From positions 434,001 through 498,000 of the forward strand of contig BROI01000008.1 in NCBI GenBank assembly GCA_027923505.1: DNA of 64,000 nt, written 5' to 3'. Below, one piece after another: positions 22,838 through 35,572 of the stretch. How positions within the stretch are numbered: position 1 is the first letter of the stretch; the number at the start of each line of letters is the position of its first letter. Position numbers and translations under genes: made by a program. The notes under the pieces are model-generated. The model was not told the origin of the DNA. It saw nothing but the letters and a program-made list of their open reading frames with translations, and searched no databases. Source of the DNA: Mayamaea pseudoterrestris (lineage: Eukaryota).

Positions 22838-23725
22838 CTATTTAAGTCTGAGCTGCTTGGCCGCAACGGCCTTAAAACTCTCCTTTAGCTCCTTGCCAAA
22901 CGCAACTTCCACCAATTTCGATAGCTGCGCGTCGCTAACACTTGCGTGCTTGTCAGTCTCTTGCATTCGAATTCCTGCGAGTACTTGATCAAACAACTCC
23001 CGCTCCACTCCAAGTTCCGATAGCAGCGCCTGTAATCGATCCAAGACAGAAATGCCTCCTTGTTGATGCGATTGATTGAACTCGTCGATACTTTTCAATT
23101 TCACAGCTTCTTCAGCCTTGTCCCTCAAATCACTTCCTCCCAAAAACTGTGGTGCATCCGTCTCCTTGACATCCGTACAAGCGCCAGTCATGCAACCAGG
23201 AATAGCCTCGAACGTTTCCCAGTCATAAGCCTTTTTATTGGGACAGCAGCTCCAAAACTTCGCCGTCTCGTGAAAAACTGGAGGAGACTTATGATAACAG
23301 CAATCAGGATAGGGACCACCTTTCGGAAATCTGTTCTTGCAACCAAAGTGCGTGCATGCGACTGTATTCTTGAGCAATTCTTGGCGCTGCTTGGCGTCGA
23401 CTTCCTGCTGGTGACGCATGGCGGCAAGAGTCGTGGATGGTCCATGACAAACGTACAGGTCGGATCGGTCAGGAATGACGTCAAGTATTACTGCATCAGA
23501 TGCTAGCATCACCAACTTCCCTTCCATGTCCTTGATAGATAGGTGGAGTTCAGCCATGTGGAGAGGATTTCGGCTGCCCAAGGATTCGTTGGAAATGTAC
23601 GATTCGACAAACGTATCGAGAAGTTTACTCGTTGGTCCATCCTTCCAGCTCTTTGGTAGTGTGATCTTGAGCGTCTTGTGGAGCTCGGTATTTTGGTTAT
23701 CTTCGTAGTAGATGAACACCTTCAT
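22838..23725 (-). CDS. CHORD-domain protein
   Basis: CTHFGCKNRF...CCYHKSPPVFHETAKFWSCC...FEAIPGC matches the CHORD zinc domain. Confidence 0.85.
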   Translation of the reverse strand: MKVFIYYEDNQNTELHKTLKITLPKSWKDGPTSKLLDTFVESYISNESLGSRNPLHMAELHLSIKDMEGKLVMLASDAVILDVIPDRSDLYVCHGPSTTLAAMRHQQEVDAKQRQELLKNTVACTHFGCKNRFPKGGPYPDCCYHKSPPVFHETAKFWSCCPNKKAYDWETFEAIPGCMTGACTDVKETDAPQFLGGSDLRDKAEEAVKLKSIDEFNQSHQQGGISVLDRLQALLSELGVERELFDQVLAGIRMQETDKHASVSDAQLSKLVEVAFGKELKESFKAVAAKQLRLK

Positions 23726-24108
23726 TGTTGTGAGGTGATGAGGTACAGTATGTACAGGTGAGGGAGGAGCAATGGTTGGTTTGGTGTTTGGTCGACGTGT
23801 TGTTATGTTGTGGCTGCGAATCCAAACGAGTCCCGATATGACTTTCATGAGTCATTCAACGCGCGAGCCGACGCTCGCCTTCCGATGCTAGCGCGCTCAC
23901 ACTTTGTTCACACGACTAACTCTTGCTCCCACGGTATGTACATAACAAGTTGCGTCGTTTCGGCGGTTTTATGATCAACACCTTGCTTAAGTATTGTACC
24001 TCAGCCAGAGAAATACTACGAACAGGAAGGAGACTAATACAAAAAGAATAAGTTTGGTGGTGACGTTCCCCAGACTGCCGACAGCCGAGGCCACCAATCA
24101 CTTCGTCA

Positions 24109-25062
24109 ATGACGAGGAGGACGGACAGTGTTGCTGAAACAACTTCCGGTAGTCCTACAAATGCCAGCAGCCAAGAGCGATTGCACGCTTACTTTGAAAG
24201 AACCAGTGTACTCAGTCGACATGAGCGCGAGGTCATTATACCGGCGCTCGCCATTCGAAGCTACCATCTACCGGGCACCTCGTCGTACTGGAAAGACTGG
24301 TTTAGCTATCTGGCCAACAATCATCCCGTCTTTGGCATTTGCTGCCATCATCCATTACATCCAGTGAGAACAAAGATACGGGTTTTATCGCTTTTTGGGA
24401 GCATTGCCTTTGGACTTGCCGCCACCAACATCATATGGTTGTACTTTCAACAACACGATGATGCAACCTTGCTTACAGTATCACCGACAAATGTTACCTC
24501 TGTAACGAAGTCGATGAGTGGCAACATTACTACATCTGACAACGACGCCTCCATTCAGGTTACGCAATCCATGTTGATTCTATGGACGTTAGGCGGTGGG
24601 ACGCATGCCTTGTTTGATAACATCATTTGGTTTGTTTCGGCCTGCGTCTGTTGCTTGCCGAGTGGTCATACTAATTACACACGATGGAAACGCTACAAGA
24701 GGCTTGGCACTTTCTTTGTCCTCGTCGCTGTGACACTGTCAGTGGCTGTTGCATCAATGGTAATTCTCTTGCGCGTCTTGGCTGAGTCGAATGGTGACAA
24801 TGACAGCGAAGCCATGGACGATGCAATAGACTTGGAAAGCGTCAAGGACGCCTCCAGCTTTCGATTTCTAGTCAGCTACTGCATTGAATTAGCTTTGGCA
24901 TTGTTTGTCTACTATCCAATAATTGCCTTTGTGCTCTTTTCGGGTGTTATTGGTTGTGGAACTCTTCCAATACTTGGTGGGCGGCCGTACGAAATGCGAC
25001 AGGAACGTCTGGAGGAAGCCAAACATGCGTCAAGAGATAGCACCGAAAACGAGGGACCATAA
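24109..25062 (+). CDS. Hypothetical multi-pass membrane protein
   Basis: A 317-aa ORF with about four hydrophobic segments and an NNHPVFGICCHHPLHP motif. Confidence 0.7.
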   Translation: MTRRTDSVAETTSGSPTNASSQERLHAYFERTSVLSRHEREVIIPALAIRSYHLPGTSSYWKDWFSYLANNHPVFGICCHHPLHPVRTKIRVLSLFGSIAFGLAATNIIWLYFQQHDDATLLTVSPTNVTSVTKSMSGNITTSDNDASIQVTQSMLILWTLGGGTHALFDNIIWFVSACVCCLPSGHTNYTRWKRYKRLGTFFVLVAVTLSVAVASMVILLRVLAESNGDNDSEAMDDAIDLESVKDASSFRFLVSYCIELALALFVYYPIIAFVLFSGVIGCGTLPILGGRPYEMRQERLEEAKHASRDSTENEGP

Positions 25063-25152
25063 CATATCATGTACATTGTAAGGATTTGAAAATAAATTTA
25101 CTGCCAATACTCTTTAGAGCGGGCAGGCCAAATCGAAAGACCAATTTAGAGT

Positions 25153-27654
25153 TTACTCGTCGTCCTGGTCATCTTCATCTGGCCCCATGTCAACGATATT
25201 TGGAAAGTCAAAATCGACGACGTCCTGTGCTACCTGTTCGGAAGTTTCAAGCGGCAACTGCTTGTCACGATCCTCGACCAGCGTCGTTGGAAGTACGACT
25301 GACTGGTTCGCTTCCGATGAAATTTGGTGGATAGGTCGCTTTCGTGCCTCAGCTGTCTTCGCCACTCCAGGACTTGCTTTGGCTACTTCAAGCGTCATTT
25401 TCCTTGTGGCAGTGACACTTGGATCACCTTCAGTCGCTTCCTCATCGGTCGGTGCCACTCTCGAGCCCTCCTGTATTGCGCCATCCTTTTGCAGAACTTC
25501 CATAAATGTACTTACGGAGATACCACGACGGCTCCCGCTCGTAGATCGCTTGCGATCAGGTATGCGAATAAGCAGCGCCGGTACACGAGGAGAAAATGCC
25601 GCGTTACATACGGTTAATGCCCTCGCAAAGATGCCATTAGTCTCCGCTGAACATGAACTCTGACAGTGACGTGTCACCGTGAGCAAGTCATTCACAAGCC
25701 ACGAGGTGGACCCATCGGGCCAAGACGTAAGTACACATGATGTGCCAAGGGAAATTATAGCGTTGATAGAATTGGAGGTGCAAACATTTGACTCTCCGTC
25801 AAACAGCACAGAAAATGAACGTTTCGTGACAGAGTCCACAAATTGGCGAAGATTTAGCGACATATACTCTCCGCCGAAAAGCAAGGTGGTCTCGAGACAA
25901 GACAATGCAGCGTTCAGAAGTTCATTTCGCTCCTGAGCATTTCCCCAAAATCCCGTAGAGTCTTTTTTGACCGTCAATATCTCAATAACAATACCGCCAA
26001 CCAATAAGACACTTTGTTCCGTCAGCGATACTGTATGTCTTGCTCCATGCGATGTTAAACTTAAAAGATCTCCATCCAAAGCCTGCAGACAGCTTCGAAA
26101 TGTTTTAACCGCCATGGTGCGTAGCACCACCGAGTTGTGAAGCCAACGTTTGTGGCCTTGCGTGAGTAGTTCTACCGCGGTTGGATCAACGACGCCCCGT
26201 ACTGACACGGTGGACGAGCTTAAAAGTGAGGAGGTGATAATTCGTCTTATTGGAGTCGCGAAAGGTGCCAAACATGGTCCACCAAGCGAGTCCAAAACGC
26301 AGGTCATCATTGCGAGACCGTATTGCTGAAGTAGGTTGGCCACGTGATGCACCATCGCCGACGGCGACATTAGATTTTCGGCGACAATTTCAAAGCGAAG
26401 CCGCTTTTTGGTATTATGATAAGTGTTTTCGCTCTTAATTGGACTTGACACCATCTCCTCTAAAAGCTCGAGTATTGCCGCCACGTTGATGGAGGCTGTT
26501 GAGCAACCATTAGTTACCGAAGCTGGAGGGCTTTCGAGCAACTTGCACAACATGACACACAGGATGTTCAATATATGAGTATAAGCTTCCAATCTTGTTT
26601 GTTCGGCTGAAACTGATCGCATCTGTTCGATAGACTCAGTGGCGACTTTGCATACCCCACTTGACGTGATGGCAGCTGTAGCATCCAGATCAGCGCTCGA
26701 CCCTGGATTGATTGGCATTGCCGCGGCACGGACCAGTAAAGAGATCGCTCTCGTGAAGTTACGAACATTGCTTTCCCATATCGATGCTGGTGTCGCTCCA
26801 TCCAAGCCCCCGGCGCATGGTAAACTGGCATTCAGATCAGCCGCCGCTTCGACTACTCGTCGGTCCGTGATAGCAATCGTTGACAATGCTAAATAACCAA
26901 GATCTTTTATGAGCTGCACACTTCTCGAAAGCTTCGTCCCAAAGAAAACTAATAAAACGGCTGATGCATTGAGGCATGAAGCTAATGTTGCCATGAGTTC
27001 GTTGTCATCCGGTGCGGTTAGACGCACACCACCCGCACTGACTGGAATGCCCTTGAGTAACGTCATCGAGGAAGAACATAACAGAGACAGCAGCTGCTTG
27101 CCGTTAGATGCAAGTAGCTCATACTCGGCAAGCACCGACGGCTCGACGGAATCTTGAGACGCTAGAAAGCAAGCCCATGCATGCAGAAAATCGGCGGCAA
27201 GTTTCACCATGACATCCCAGCATGATTGAAAAATCGACGATTTACGACTTGGGCTATCAAGCATGCGAGTAACTGTTGATATCAAGAGTTGAGTATCAAG
27301 TGCCGTTGATGAAGTAATTGCTTCGTCGCCTTCGTTTGCCGTCCACGCCGCGGAACGATGCCGCTTGTTTGCTCCAGCCGTAGACGCGGTTGCAGAGACG
27401 GCCAGAATTTGACAAGCCTGCTCAACGTCTCCAAATAATAGTCCCTCGCGTAATGTGTTGGCAGTCAAATTACTGAAACTAACAACAAACTCCTCCATGA
27501 GCTGCTGATCGTCCTCATCGTTTTCGCGCATTCGTTCCAAGGTTCGCAACATTGTCAGCAATTTCTGCCCGACGTTGGCATCGCTAGACGAAGAACGACG
27601 CTTAGGATGAGGTGGAGTTAGGCTTGCGGATGACTTAAAAGAAATGAACTTCAT
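25153..27654 (-). CDS. Large helical protein, possibly Rix1/PELP1-like (start uncertain)
   Basis: An 833-aa Leu/Ala-rich ORF. PRVPAL near the end of the helical region and the acidic terminal FPNIVDMGPDEDD resemble Rix1/PELP1 C-termini. Confidence 0.5.
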   Translation of the reverse strand: MKFISFKSSASLTPPHPKRRSSSSDANVGQKLLTMLRTLERMRENDEDDQQLMEEFVVSFSNLTANTLREGLLFGDVEQACQILAVSATASTAGANKRHRSAAWTANEGDEAITSSTALDTQLLISTVTRMLDSPSRKSSIFQSCWDVMVKLAADFLHAWACFLASQDSVEPSVLAEYELLASNGKQLLSLLCSSSMTLLKGIPVSAGGVRLTAPDDNELMATLASCLNASAVLLVFFGTKLSRSVQLIKDLGYLALSTIAITDRRVVEAAADLNASLPCAGGLDGATPASIWESNVRNFTRAISLLVRAAAMPINPGSSADLDATAAITSSGVCKVATESIEQMRSVSAEQTRLEAYTHILNILCVMLCKLLESPPASVTNGCSTASINVAAILELLEEMVSSPIKSENTYHNTKKRLRFEIVAENLMSPSAMVHHVANLLQQYGLAMMTCVLDSLGGPCLAPFATPIRRIITSSLLSSSTVSVRGVVDPTAVELLTQGHKRWLHNSVVLRTMAVKTFRSCLQALDGDLLSLTSHGARHTVSLTEQSVLLVGGIVIEILTVKKDSTGFWGNAQERNELLNAALSCLETTLLFGGEYMSLNLRQFVDSVTKRSFSVLFDGESNVCTSNSINAIISLGTSCVLTSWPDGSTSWLVNDLLTVTRHCQSSCSAETNGIFARALTVCNAAFSPRVPALLIRIPDRKRSTSGSRRGISVSTFMEVLQKDGAIQEGSRVAPTDEEATEGDPSVTATRKMTLEVAKASPGVAKTAEARKRPIHQISSEANQSVVLPTTLVEDRDKQLPLETSEQVAQDVVDFDFPNIVDMGPDEDDQDDE

Positions 27655-28040
27655 CGTACTCTAATGGCAGCTTATGCACAATTACAGCCTCGACACTCAA
27701 CCGAAAAAGAAAAACAGGATGGTTGGCCCTTGGCGCGTTCGAAAACACCAACCCTACCGTAGTCAGACAAACTGCTTAGCTAACACGCTCAAGTCAAAGC
27801 CTAAACCGGATAGATGTGACGAGAGTCAGAGAGAGCACTGGTCCGCAACAGTATGACGAGCTATAATACAGCGAATCATTCTGGTGCATATTGTCTGCTT
27901 GAACTAACTGTAAGTGGAGTGTGACTTCTCGCAACGCATTCGAGTACACTGTCCGGTAGTCAAAGCTAACATGACTCACCAAAAAATGATCATGCATATA
28001 GAGATATCACTCATGTGTTCTATACAAGCTTATGTTGCCT

Positions 28041-28901
28041 TTACGAGTCTGTGATTTTGCCGCAGCCGCGCTTTTGAAATTCTCCTCGGATTTGTTGCGC
28101 GTTGCAAATTGCAGGAAAGAAATGCACCTGTCCAGCAACAGCGTTGCCCGCAGCAATTGATTCCGGATCGTTAGCTTTGGCTCCTGGTCCCTCTGTCCAA
28201 GTTGTTGAATCAGTCTGGGTCTCTTTAAAATAGATCAAAATCGGACCGATAGGACCGTCAATCCACCCTTTTGGGAAAAAATCGTAGTTCACAATAGTAT
28301 CGGTTCGCCAGCGATTAGCTCCACCTACGTAAGTTGGACACGCAATGAATGAGACTTTATTACTCACCGTGACTGCCCAAGAAACAAGAAACAAGAAACA
28401 CAAGAAGGTTGACAAAAACTTACCGACGACGACATTTTCTCCTGACGACTTGAGTTCGCCAGCTTGTTCTCCCTTATTTAGTAGCTCAATTGAGTCTCCG
28501 TCAAAGACAAAGCGGACGCGAGATGCTTGGACGAGGAAAAGGACGCCGAGAAGGGTGATGAAGGGTCCGAGCCAGATTTGAAGAAAAGGTACCGTGTCGA
28601 GAGCGCCACCGAGCACTAAGAATACTGCACCTACTCGATAATCTGGGTCGATAACAACATCATCAAACTTTGGTTTGATCGGCGTGGCGCTTTCTTGTTG
28701 TTTCGGCTTGAAGAATTCGGTAATGCCCCTGAAATCGCCAAAGCTGTGAAGCGCAGATTTTGAAACGGCAGGCCCTGGTGATCGAGCACCTGCGACAAGA
28801 TTGTGACTCTCACGGGTCACAAAAGCATTTGAAAGACTAAAGCATTCTGAAAGGCATACAATAGAGAGCATCAGCGGCCATTGGTGGCTTAAAATCATCA
28901 T
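28041..28901 (-). CDS. DUF3119-family plastid membrane protein
   Basis: A signal peptide plus SNAF (ASAFAP-like) precedes RVRFVFD..GENVVVGGANRW..PILIYFKETQT..GQVHFFP. Intron at 28325..28423. Confidence 0.75.
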   Translation of the reverse strand: MMILSHQWPLMLSIVCLSECFSLSNAFVTRESHNLVAGARSPGPAVSKSALHSFGDFRGITEFFKPKQQESATPIKPKFDDVVIDPDYRVGAVFLVLGGALDTVPFLQIWLGPFITLLGVLFLVQASRVRFVFDGDSIELLNKGEQAGELKSSGENVVVGKFLSTFLCFLFLVSWAVTVSNKVSFIACPTYVGGANRWRTDTIVNYDFFPKGWIDGPIGPILIYFKETQTDSTTWTEGPGAKANDPESIAAGNAVAGQVHFFPAICNAQQIRGEFQKRGCGKITDS

Positions 28902-29035
28902 GGTTACGAAGGCGCAAGAATGCACTTGAATGATGTATGTGATCGCAGCTGCGGCGCGCAGTCGTCAGTCACTGCTTGAAACCAATGCGACACTTCATCG
29001 CCGCGCCGTCGCGCCAAACCATGTGTGATCGAAAG

Positions 29036-30772
29036 ATGTCGTCACAAAGTCATATCGCATACACTTCATACTCTGCCAGTATGCGAGCGCTGAAGGCAGA
29101 AAGGGTCGATACTCCTAGCATATATATGTTTACTGATGCTGCTAAACCAGTCTATGTGCGATCGAGTAGCAATGATGAACTTGAAAATAGCAGAATCTGC
29201 AGCCTACTCTCCTCACTTCGGTCGTCGGTTGTTCATGGACGATTAAAGCTAGGCGATATCAGAAGTATGCGTTCGGGGTCTCTGCAATTATCATTCATGG
29301 CCATTGACTCTCTGATTATGGTTGCTGTTATCAGAGTGGACGGCGACGATACAATGGAATATGCGATGTGTTTGCGGCTTGTTTTGGAATACGTGTATGC
29401 GCAATTACTCACTACCTTGACTAATCAAGCGCTCACTTTGATCAGCGAAGAGCCTACTTTTGATCTTCACCGGCTGCTTGGGAGTGCTGATTTGTCGATG
29501 GGTCTATTTTGTGTAAAGAATCCATTTGTCCAAACAGGCTGCTTCCTGACAGGAGGCATTGAGCCATTCTTTCCTTTGAGTCCGCACGTCAGGGAAGCTG
29601 CCTCGTTGATTTTGCAAGATCTTAATAGCAAGGTCGCGCAAAATTATGTGTTTGCGATGATTGTATCGGACACTAAACTTGTCGTCTTGGTGCAGCCGCC
29701 GCAACGTGAGCATTCTGTGAACAACTTTGACCTGCAACTCTTCATCTTGTTTATTTGTCGACAACCAAACCTACTCTCGGATGATCTATGGCTTCCGTTC
29801 TGTTTCCCGCGGTTTAATGCTAAAGGGTATCTTCACTGTTACACCAACTGTCTGGATGCGAAGACGAAGACAGTGCTCGTGTTGGTGGCGCAAGATCCAT
29901 CGCTGTTTCTAGTAGCTCGGTCAGACGCAGCCACCAAAGTACGACCAAAGTTAGGCTTGCTTACATATGACAACGAGTCGTTACTAGAAATTATTGATGA
30001 TCAGATACAGGTGGGCCAAGTGGCACATATTATGCGAAGAGCGGACGTAAATTGGAGACGAAGCAAAATTGACAACAGTTATGCCGACGAAGATGATGAT
30101 TACGAGGTTATATTGTCGCAGAATGAGGAGCGCGCGATGGCTTTAATTCAAGAAATCACTTTGGCGACGGCATGTTCAAAAGCTGAACAGCTTTTGAAAG
30201 ATCTCGTGGATGCAGCTGTTATTTTCCACTTTGTCTTTCGACTACGTGTCCCAGCAGAAACAAAAGATGGGGGCTATCTAATTCAATCTATTGCTACCGC
30301 AAGGCCGCCACAAAATTCGGTTCCCGAAAACCTTGTATGGAACAACTATCGCAAGCTGAGTTTGCGGCTGCGCCTGGGGTCGGCAGCACCTGCAACAGTC
30401 TTCGGGGACCTTGACAACGTGCCTGCCGCTAACCGAATTTGCGAATTTCCTGCCATGAATGTTGTTGAATCAGCTCCAGATCTTCAGGGTGTATGTTACG
30501 CTATGGAAGGTATGTCGACTTTCCTGGCAATGAATGGGCAGGGGAAGGAAGACTTTGAATTGTAAGTAGTTTTGAATGTACAGTGCATGCTGGTGAATGA
30601 GGCACCAGCTAACCATTTCGAATCAATTTGCAGGTATTTGACGACGGCAACTGCCTCTAAATCTTCAATTAAAGAGGTCGCAGCTCATGCCGCCAAGCTC
30701 GCGCGAAATATCATTATGAATCAAAAAGAAATATTTCTGTGCCATCCACTGACATGGTCTCAGGCAGACTAA
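29036..30772 (+). CDS. MON1: Vacuolar fusion protein Mon1 (Rab7 GEF subunit); start uncertain
   Basis: MFTDAAKPVY, LEYVYAQLL..LT, FDLHRLLGS, DLQLFI and WLPFCFPRFNAKGYLHCY motifs. Intron at 30562..30633. Confidence 0.85.
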
Positions 30773-33618
30773 GCACAAAGAGAGATGCCGATGTCTGTAC
30801 TCTGGCTTGTCGCGCTAGAAACGCTCCAAAACCAATTCCGGAAACTTGAGTCCACTGTTGTGTCATGGAAGTTGACTTTCTCTTGTAGCGACGTTAGTTT
30901 TTGGGGTGAAAGGTCAGCAAGGGCTGGGTAGTGCGCCAGCTGATGTTCAATTGGGTCAGCATGAGAGGGTGCGAGCAACGCGATAAATCGTCTACACATT
31001 GAGTCATTTTCCATTAAAATATGCAGCGTCGGTACCGGGAATCGGTGCATGGTTCTCTCCGCGAGGAAAAGTTTAAAATGGTCTCTCACTGCATCATACT
31101 CGGACGCATGCGCGGATTTCCCGCTCCAAACAAAAAGCTCATAGAAATGATCGGCAACCAATATGACATTATCCCAAAGCGCCAACGTATCTGGTGGAAC
31201 TGAGCTAACGTGCGTTGTCTCTGCATCGGAGACCAGTGCACCAGAGCTCCACAAACTAAGGGCCATCATGCAGAGACTATCCTCAAGCGGAAGGCGTAAA
31301 AAGAGAGAGCGTAAATGAACACGATCGTCTAGGGATTGCATTGGGCCAGGAGAGACTAATGGTCCTCGTCGAAGATGGTAAAGTCGTCGCAATGCATCTG
31401 AAAGCTCGGGAGGGAAAGCAAAGTCAAGTGACGAGCCGGCCGCTCTTATACCACCCTCTTCTGTTAAATCAACTCTGTATTACGAAATCATTATTTTAAT
31501 GAGAACATTTTTAATAAACAGCGCACCATGATGTGCACGTACCCACGGCGAGCTGTGCCCTGCTGTAAACCAAGCAATCTGTAGGCTACCGAAATTTTTT
31601 GAATTGTCGCGTCGATGTCCTGCTGCGCATCGTAAGCCAAAGCTTCTAGTGTTGCTTGGTCAAAGGTTTCCAGTAAAGTGTTGTTCGTTGCGTCGCGGCC
31701 AAAGTTGGCCCTGTATACGGCCTCCTTTCCAAGCAACACGGGTACAACTTCTTCATCCACACCGTCAAGGAACTCGACCACGTCGTTAGCAGTAGCAAGA
31801 CGACGAGTAAAGGTTTTGGTAACAAGTACATTGCCTTGACGATTTATATACCGTGCAATGCATTGAAACAGTGCGTGACTTTCGTGTTGGAAAAATTCGT
31901 TCATTTGTAGCATAACACTAAAAGTGCTGATAGGGTCGACGCGGCCAACGTGGATTCGAATCAATGTAGCGTCCACTATGTCGGCTATCGGTAGGCTAAT
32001 TTTCACCTTCTTGGCTGCTGCTAATGAAGCTCCCAAAGCAAAAGATGATCTTTCGCCCGCCAGCATTCGCTTCGAATCCTCCACGAGCTCACCCGGTCCA
32101 ACGACGTGCGTCACAGTGAAGAAGCTGTAAGGGAAAGGCGAAAAGAGAGTTTCATTAAACTAGTTTGTTCAAACACGTATAAGTTACTCGAGTGACTAAC
32201 CTGGGCACGCGAATGTCAAGAATGCACCCATCAATCCACTGCTCGTCAGCAACTAGCATGCTGCTGCCAGGGGTATCCGGCATATTGAAGTGCAAACCGG
32301 GCACGAAGGTCTCATGGAACAAATAATGCAAATTCTTTATCAGCGAGTCCGCTTCAAACACGAGGCTTGGCAATACATAGCCAGAACTTGGTTCGACCAG
32401 TGCTTGATAGGATGCCAAGGCGACTTCTGTCGCACCAGAACAGAATACATCCACGGCAACTCCAGCCTCTGACGACGCTTTGCCAACGAGTGAGAAATAG
32501 TCAATCGCTTGAGCAAGCTTGGCTGGATTCACAACGTCTATTTTGTTCTGTATCTGAAATGCTGATGCAGACTCTGCCGTAAAAGAGTCAACGTCGACCA
32601 CTGATCCATCACCATAGTTAGGGCATCCATTGGTGAAAAGGAAAATTCTGGCAGTCCTGGCCGGCTTGTCGGGGTCAGCTGTTGCTAATTCAATGGCGGC
32701 TTGCATGGCTTCACCAACGTTTCGCGTCCCGCGCTTCTTAGTGGGCTTGTCGGTGGCGGGTGATGAGGTCCAAGGCGACTGGTGTCGATTAGCTTGCGTC
32801 GTTTCGCCAAGCTCCTTCCTAATGCGCTCCTCCTTATTTTGTTTCAGCTGCTCCAGTCTTGACAAGCGCGCAACAGGTACGGATTCATCGCTTTGTGTTT
32901 CATCGGGTGCCGATACTCCGTAGGCCGCAAACAATGTTCTCCAGAGGCAGTCAAACTCGTGGTCGTGGTCGAGTGAGACCAAGTAGTTTTGGCGACTTAA
33001 ATGAGCGTCCGTGATTTGCTCATGCTTTGCGAAAACATCAGCTGATACAAGACCTTGAGACGCATTTCCTATCTGATAAATGTGCAGCATCTTACCAAAA
33101 GTAATGACGCCGAGCTGTAGACTCGTAGTGTGGTTCGTCGACGATGTTCCAAGCACCTGTTGAACTGCCGTTCCGATGGCATGAGCATCCAGCCGCGGCA
33201 AGTTTTGGTCCATGACTAGCAAAATAGTCAAGCTATCTCTCTCGTCGCTTTCCGCGAGTGTCTGTCTGTATTCAATGCCCGGGACTTGCGTCATGGGCGA
33301 CCGTAGCATCTCTGGGGTGGTGACGTTCCTTCCCTGGCAAAGTGGGCAAATCCATACATTTTCGTCAACTTTAAGCTCGGCATAAATGTTTAAGTAGGCG
33401 CAACATGTCAAACACATGACTGGAGGAAGCGCAGTGCCGTTACATTGATAAACGGACCAGTCATTGTCATCGGATAGCGGGTTAAAGGGCGTCCACAAAA
33501 AGCCAAACGGAAGTTCACAGCTCTGCTCCAAACCTGGTCCAGGAGGCGTCTTGGATGCTGAGAAAATTGGTCCATTTCCAGCGCGATATCGGGTGAAGGA
33601 TGATTCCGTCGTGTTCAT
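30769..33618 (-). CDS. Divergent Sec23/Sec24-family COPII protein
   Basis: LPFGFLWTPF, zinc finger CLTC..WICPLC, vWA trunk (IFLFTNGCPNYGDG) and helical/gelsolin region (YHLRRGPL, DHFYELFVWSG, RFPVP, RRFIALLAPSHAD). Introns at 32125..32200 and 31475..31542. Confidence 0.85.
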
Positions 33619-33944
33619 GATGCTTGCTTTTGGTATTTGATAAGTATATGGTTGGTTCAACTGTTAATGTGGAATACAGAAATGCAAAAGATTTGCATCA
33701 TGCAGTCGCGACGCTGCACTCGAGTTTTTTTGTGTCTTAGCGGGATATAAAGCGTCGGACCGGCTTTGAATCTTGACCGCAGACCTACATGTTTTTCCAG
33801 TCGTCCTCGTTCACGCCATGGCACCCACAGCTCACACATTGATCGTTGCCGACCATTGACATCAATATTATTGATCCAGCAACGTAGAACATAGCACTGC
33901 TGCAGCTGGTCACACCTTCAATTATCTCTATCATACTTTTCAAT

Positions 33945-35572
33945 ATGTCAATCGAACAATGGGATTTGACATCCAAAGTTTCACCCTACCTCGACCGCCA
34001 CATGCTCTTTCCTTTGCTCGAGTACACGGATACACTTATTGCCAATCAAACGGTCTCATACTCGAGCGAAGATGTTGCCGCTGCCCGACTGAGTCTGGTG
34101 CGCCCCACCCACATGGTGGATTATGCTATTGAAGCATACAAGAAATTGCATGGAGACAATGCTGACATTCCAGATGACTTGGTGCAGCAAAAGGATAGAG
34201 TCTTTGTTGAGCTCGAGGAACTCCGAAAAGGTTGTGAAGAGCTAGACAAATTATGCAATGACAAGGAGGAACGGGTACGTTGTTGACTACTCGGATCGAT
34301 TCTTGTCTGCATGCTTTCGCCATTTTTACTGATCAAATTGTGTTGTCACTTACTCTGCTTCGCTCACTACTGCAGGCCAAGCTAGGTGCGGCTGGCAAGT
34401 GGAACGTTGATGGTTTGCATTCTGCGAAGCAAATTACATCGGAGACTGTAGAGCTCTACCGCAAAATGGCTCACTATAATTTTGACTGCGGCGACTATCA
34501 GGCAGCGCGTGATAAGTTAGCGAATTACATTAGCCTCTTTGCGTCTCCTCCGGCGCAATCACAGGACGATGTCGACGAAGACTTGGTCGCCGCGGGTATT
34601 TCTAGTGCCACGAATCAGAGCGCCACATATGGAAACGATCCCAAGGAGGCAGGAAATGCCAGTATGTACCACTTGAAGGGAATGGACGATGCCATGTTAC
34701 AAGTTCTTTGGGGGCGCCTAGCGTGCGAAATCCTTTTGATGGATTGGGACGCGGCGTCTGTGGCTGTCGAGGCGGTAAAGACGGGTATGGAAACGCTGGT
34801 CACGCAAGACAGGTTGTCTTCACTCTCGGCGCTCCAGCAACGAACTTGGTTGTTGCATTGGTCTCTCTTTGTTTACTGGAACAACAGCAGCAACGGTGGT
34901 CTCGAGCAGTTAGTGGACCTTTATCAGTCGGAACGATGCAAGCAGGCAATCACGACGAACGCGCCGCACTTGCTTCGGTATTTAACCGCGGCTGTTTTGG
35001 TCTGTAAGCGTCGTATCACTAAAAAGGCTGCCGCTGGATCAAATGCGGAAGCTCGTCGATTGATGAAAAATTTGATTCACGTTATGAATGATTGCGATTA
35101 TTCCGATCCCATTGTGGAGTTTGTTAATTGCTTGTGCGTCAAGTTTGACTTTGAGGTAGCGCAAGCGAAGCTGAGCGAATGTGAAAAGGTTTTGTCAGCC
35201 GACTTTTTCCTTTGCCGTCAGACTAAGTTGCTTATGGAAGAGGCTCGAGTCTTTGTTTTTGAGAATTTTTGCCGAATTCACAATAAAATTGATCTGAAAG
35301 CTCTTGGCGAGAAGTTGGCCATGGATCAAGAAGAAGCGGAGCGGTGGATAGTGGATCTGATTCGAAATGCTGATTTGGATGCCAAGATTGATTCCGATGA
35401 AGGCTGTGTTGTCATGGGTGGAACGCAGCAGACACTATACGAGCAAGTAGTAGAGCGAACACGTGATTTGAATGTTCGAAGCGCGGCGCTGTCGCAAAAT
35501 GTTGTAAAGCTCTTGGACAATGCGAGGAAAGATAAAGCTAAACGAGAACGGGCGTCGCGCGAGGAAGAATAA
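33945..35572 (+). CDS. EIF3E: Eukaryotic translation initiation factor 3 subunit E
   Basis: WDLT..YLDRHMLFPLLE, LWGRLACEIL, LQQRTWLLHWSLFV and a PCI domain (AERWIVDLIRNA.LDAKID). Intron at 34275..34375. Confidence 0.95.
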
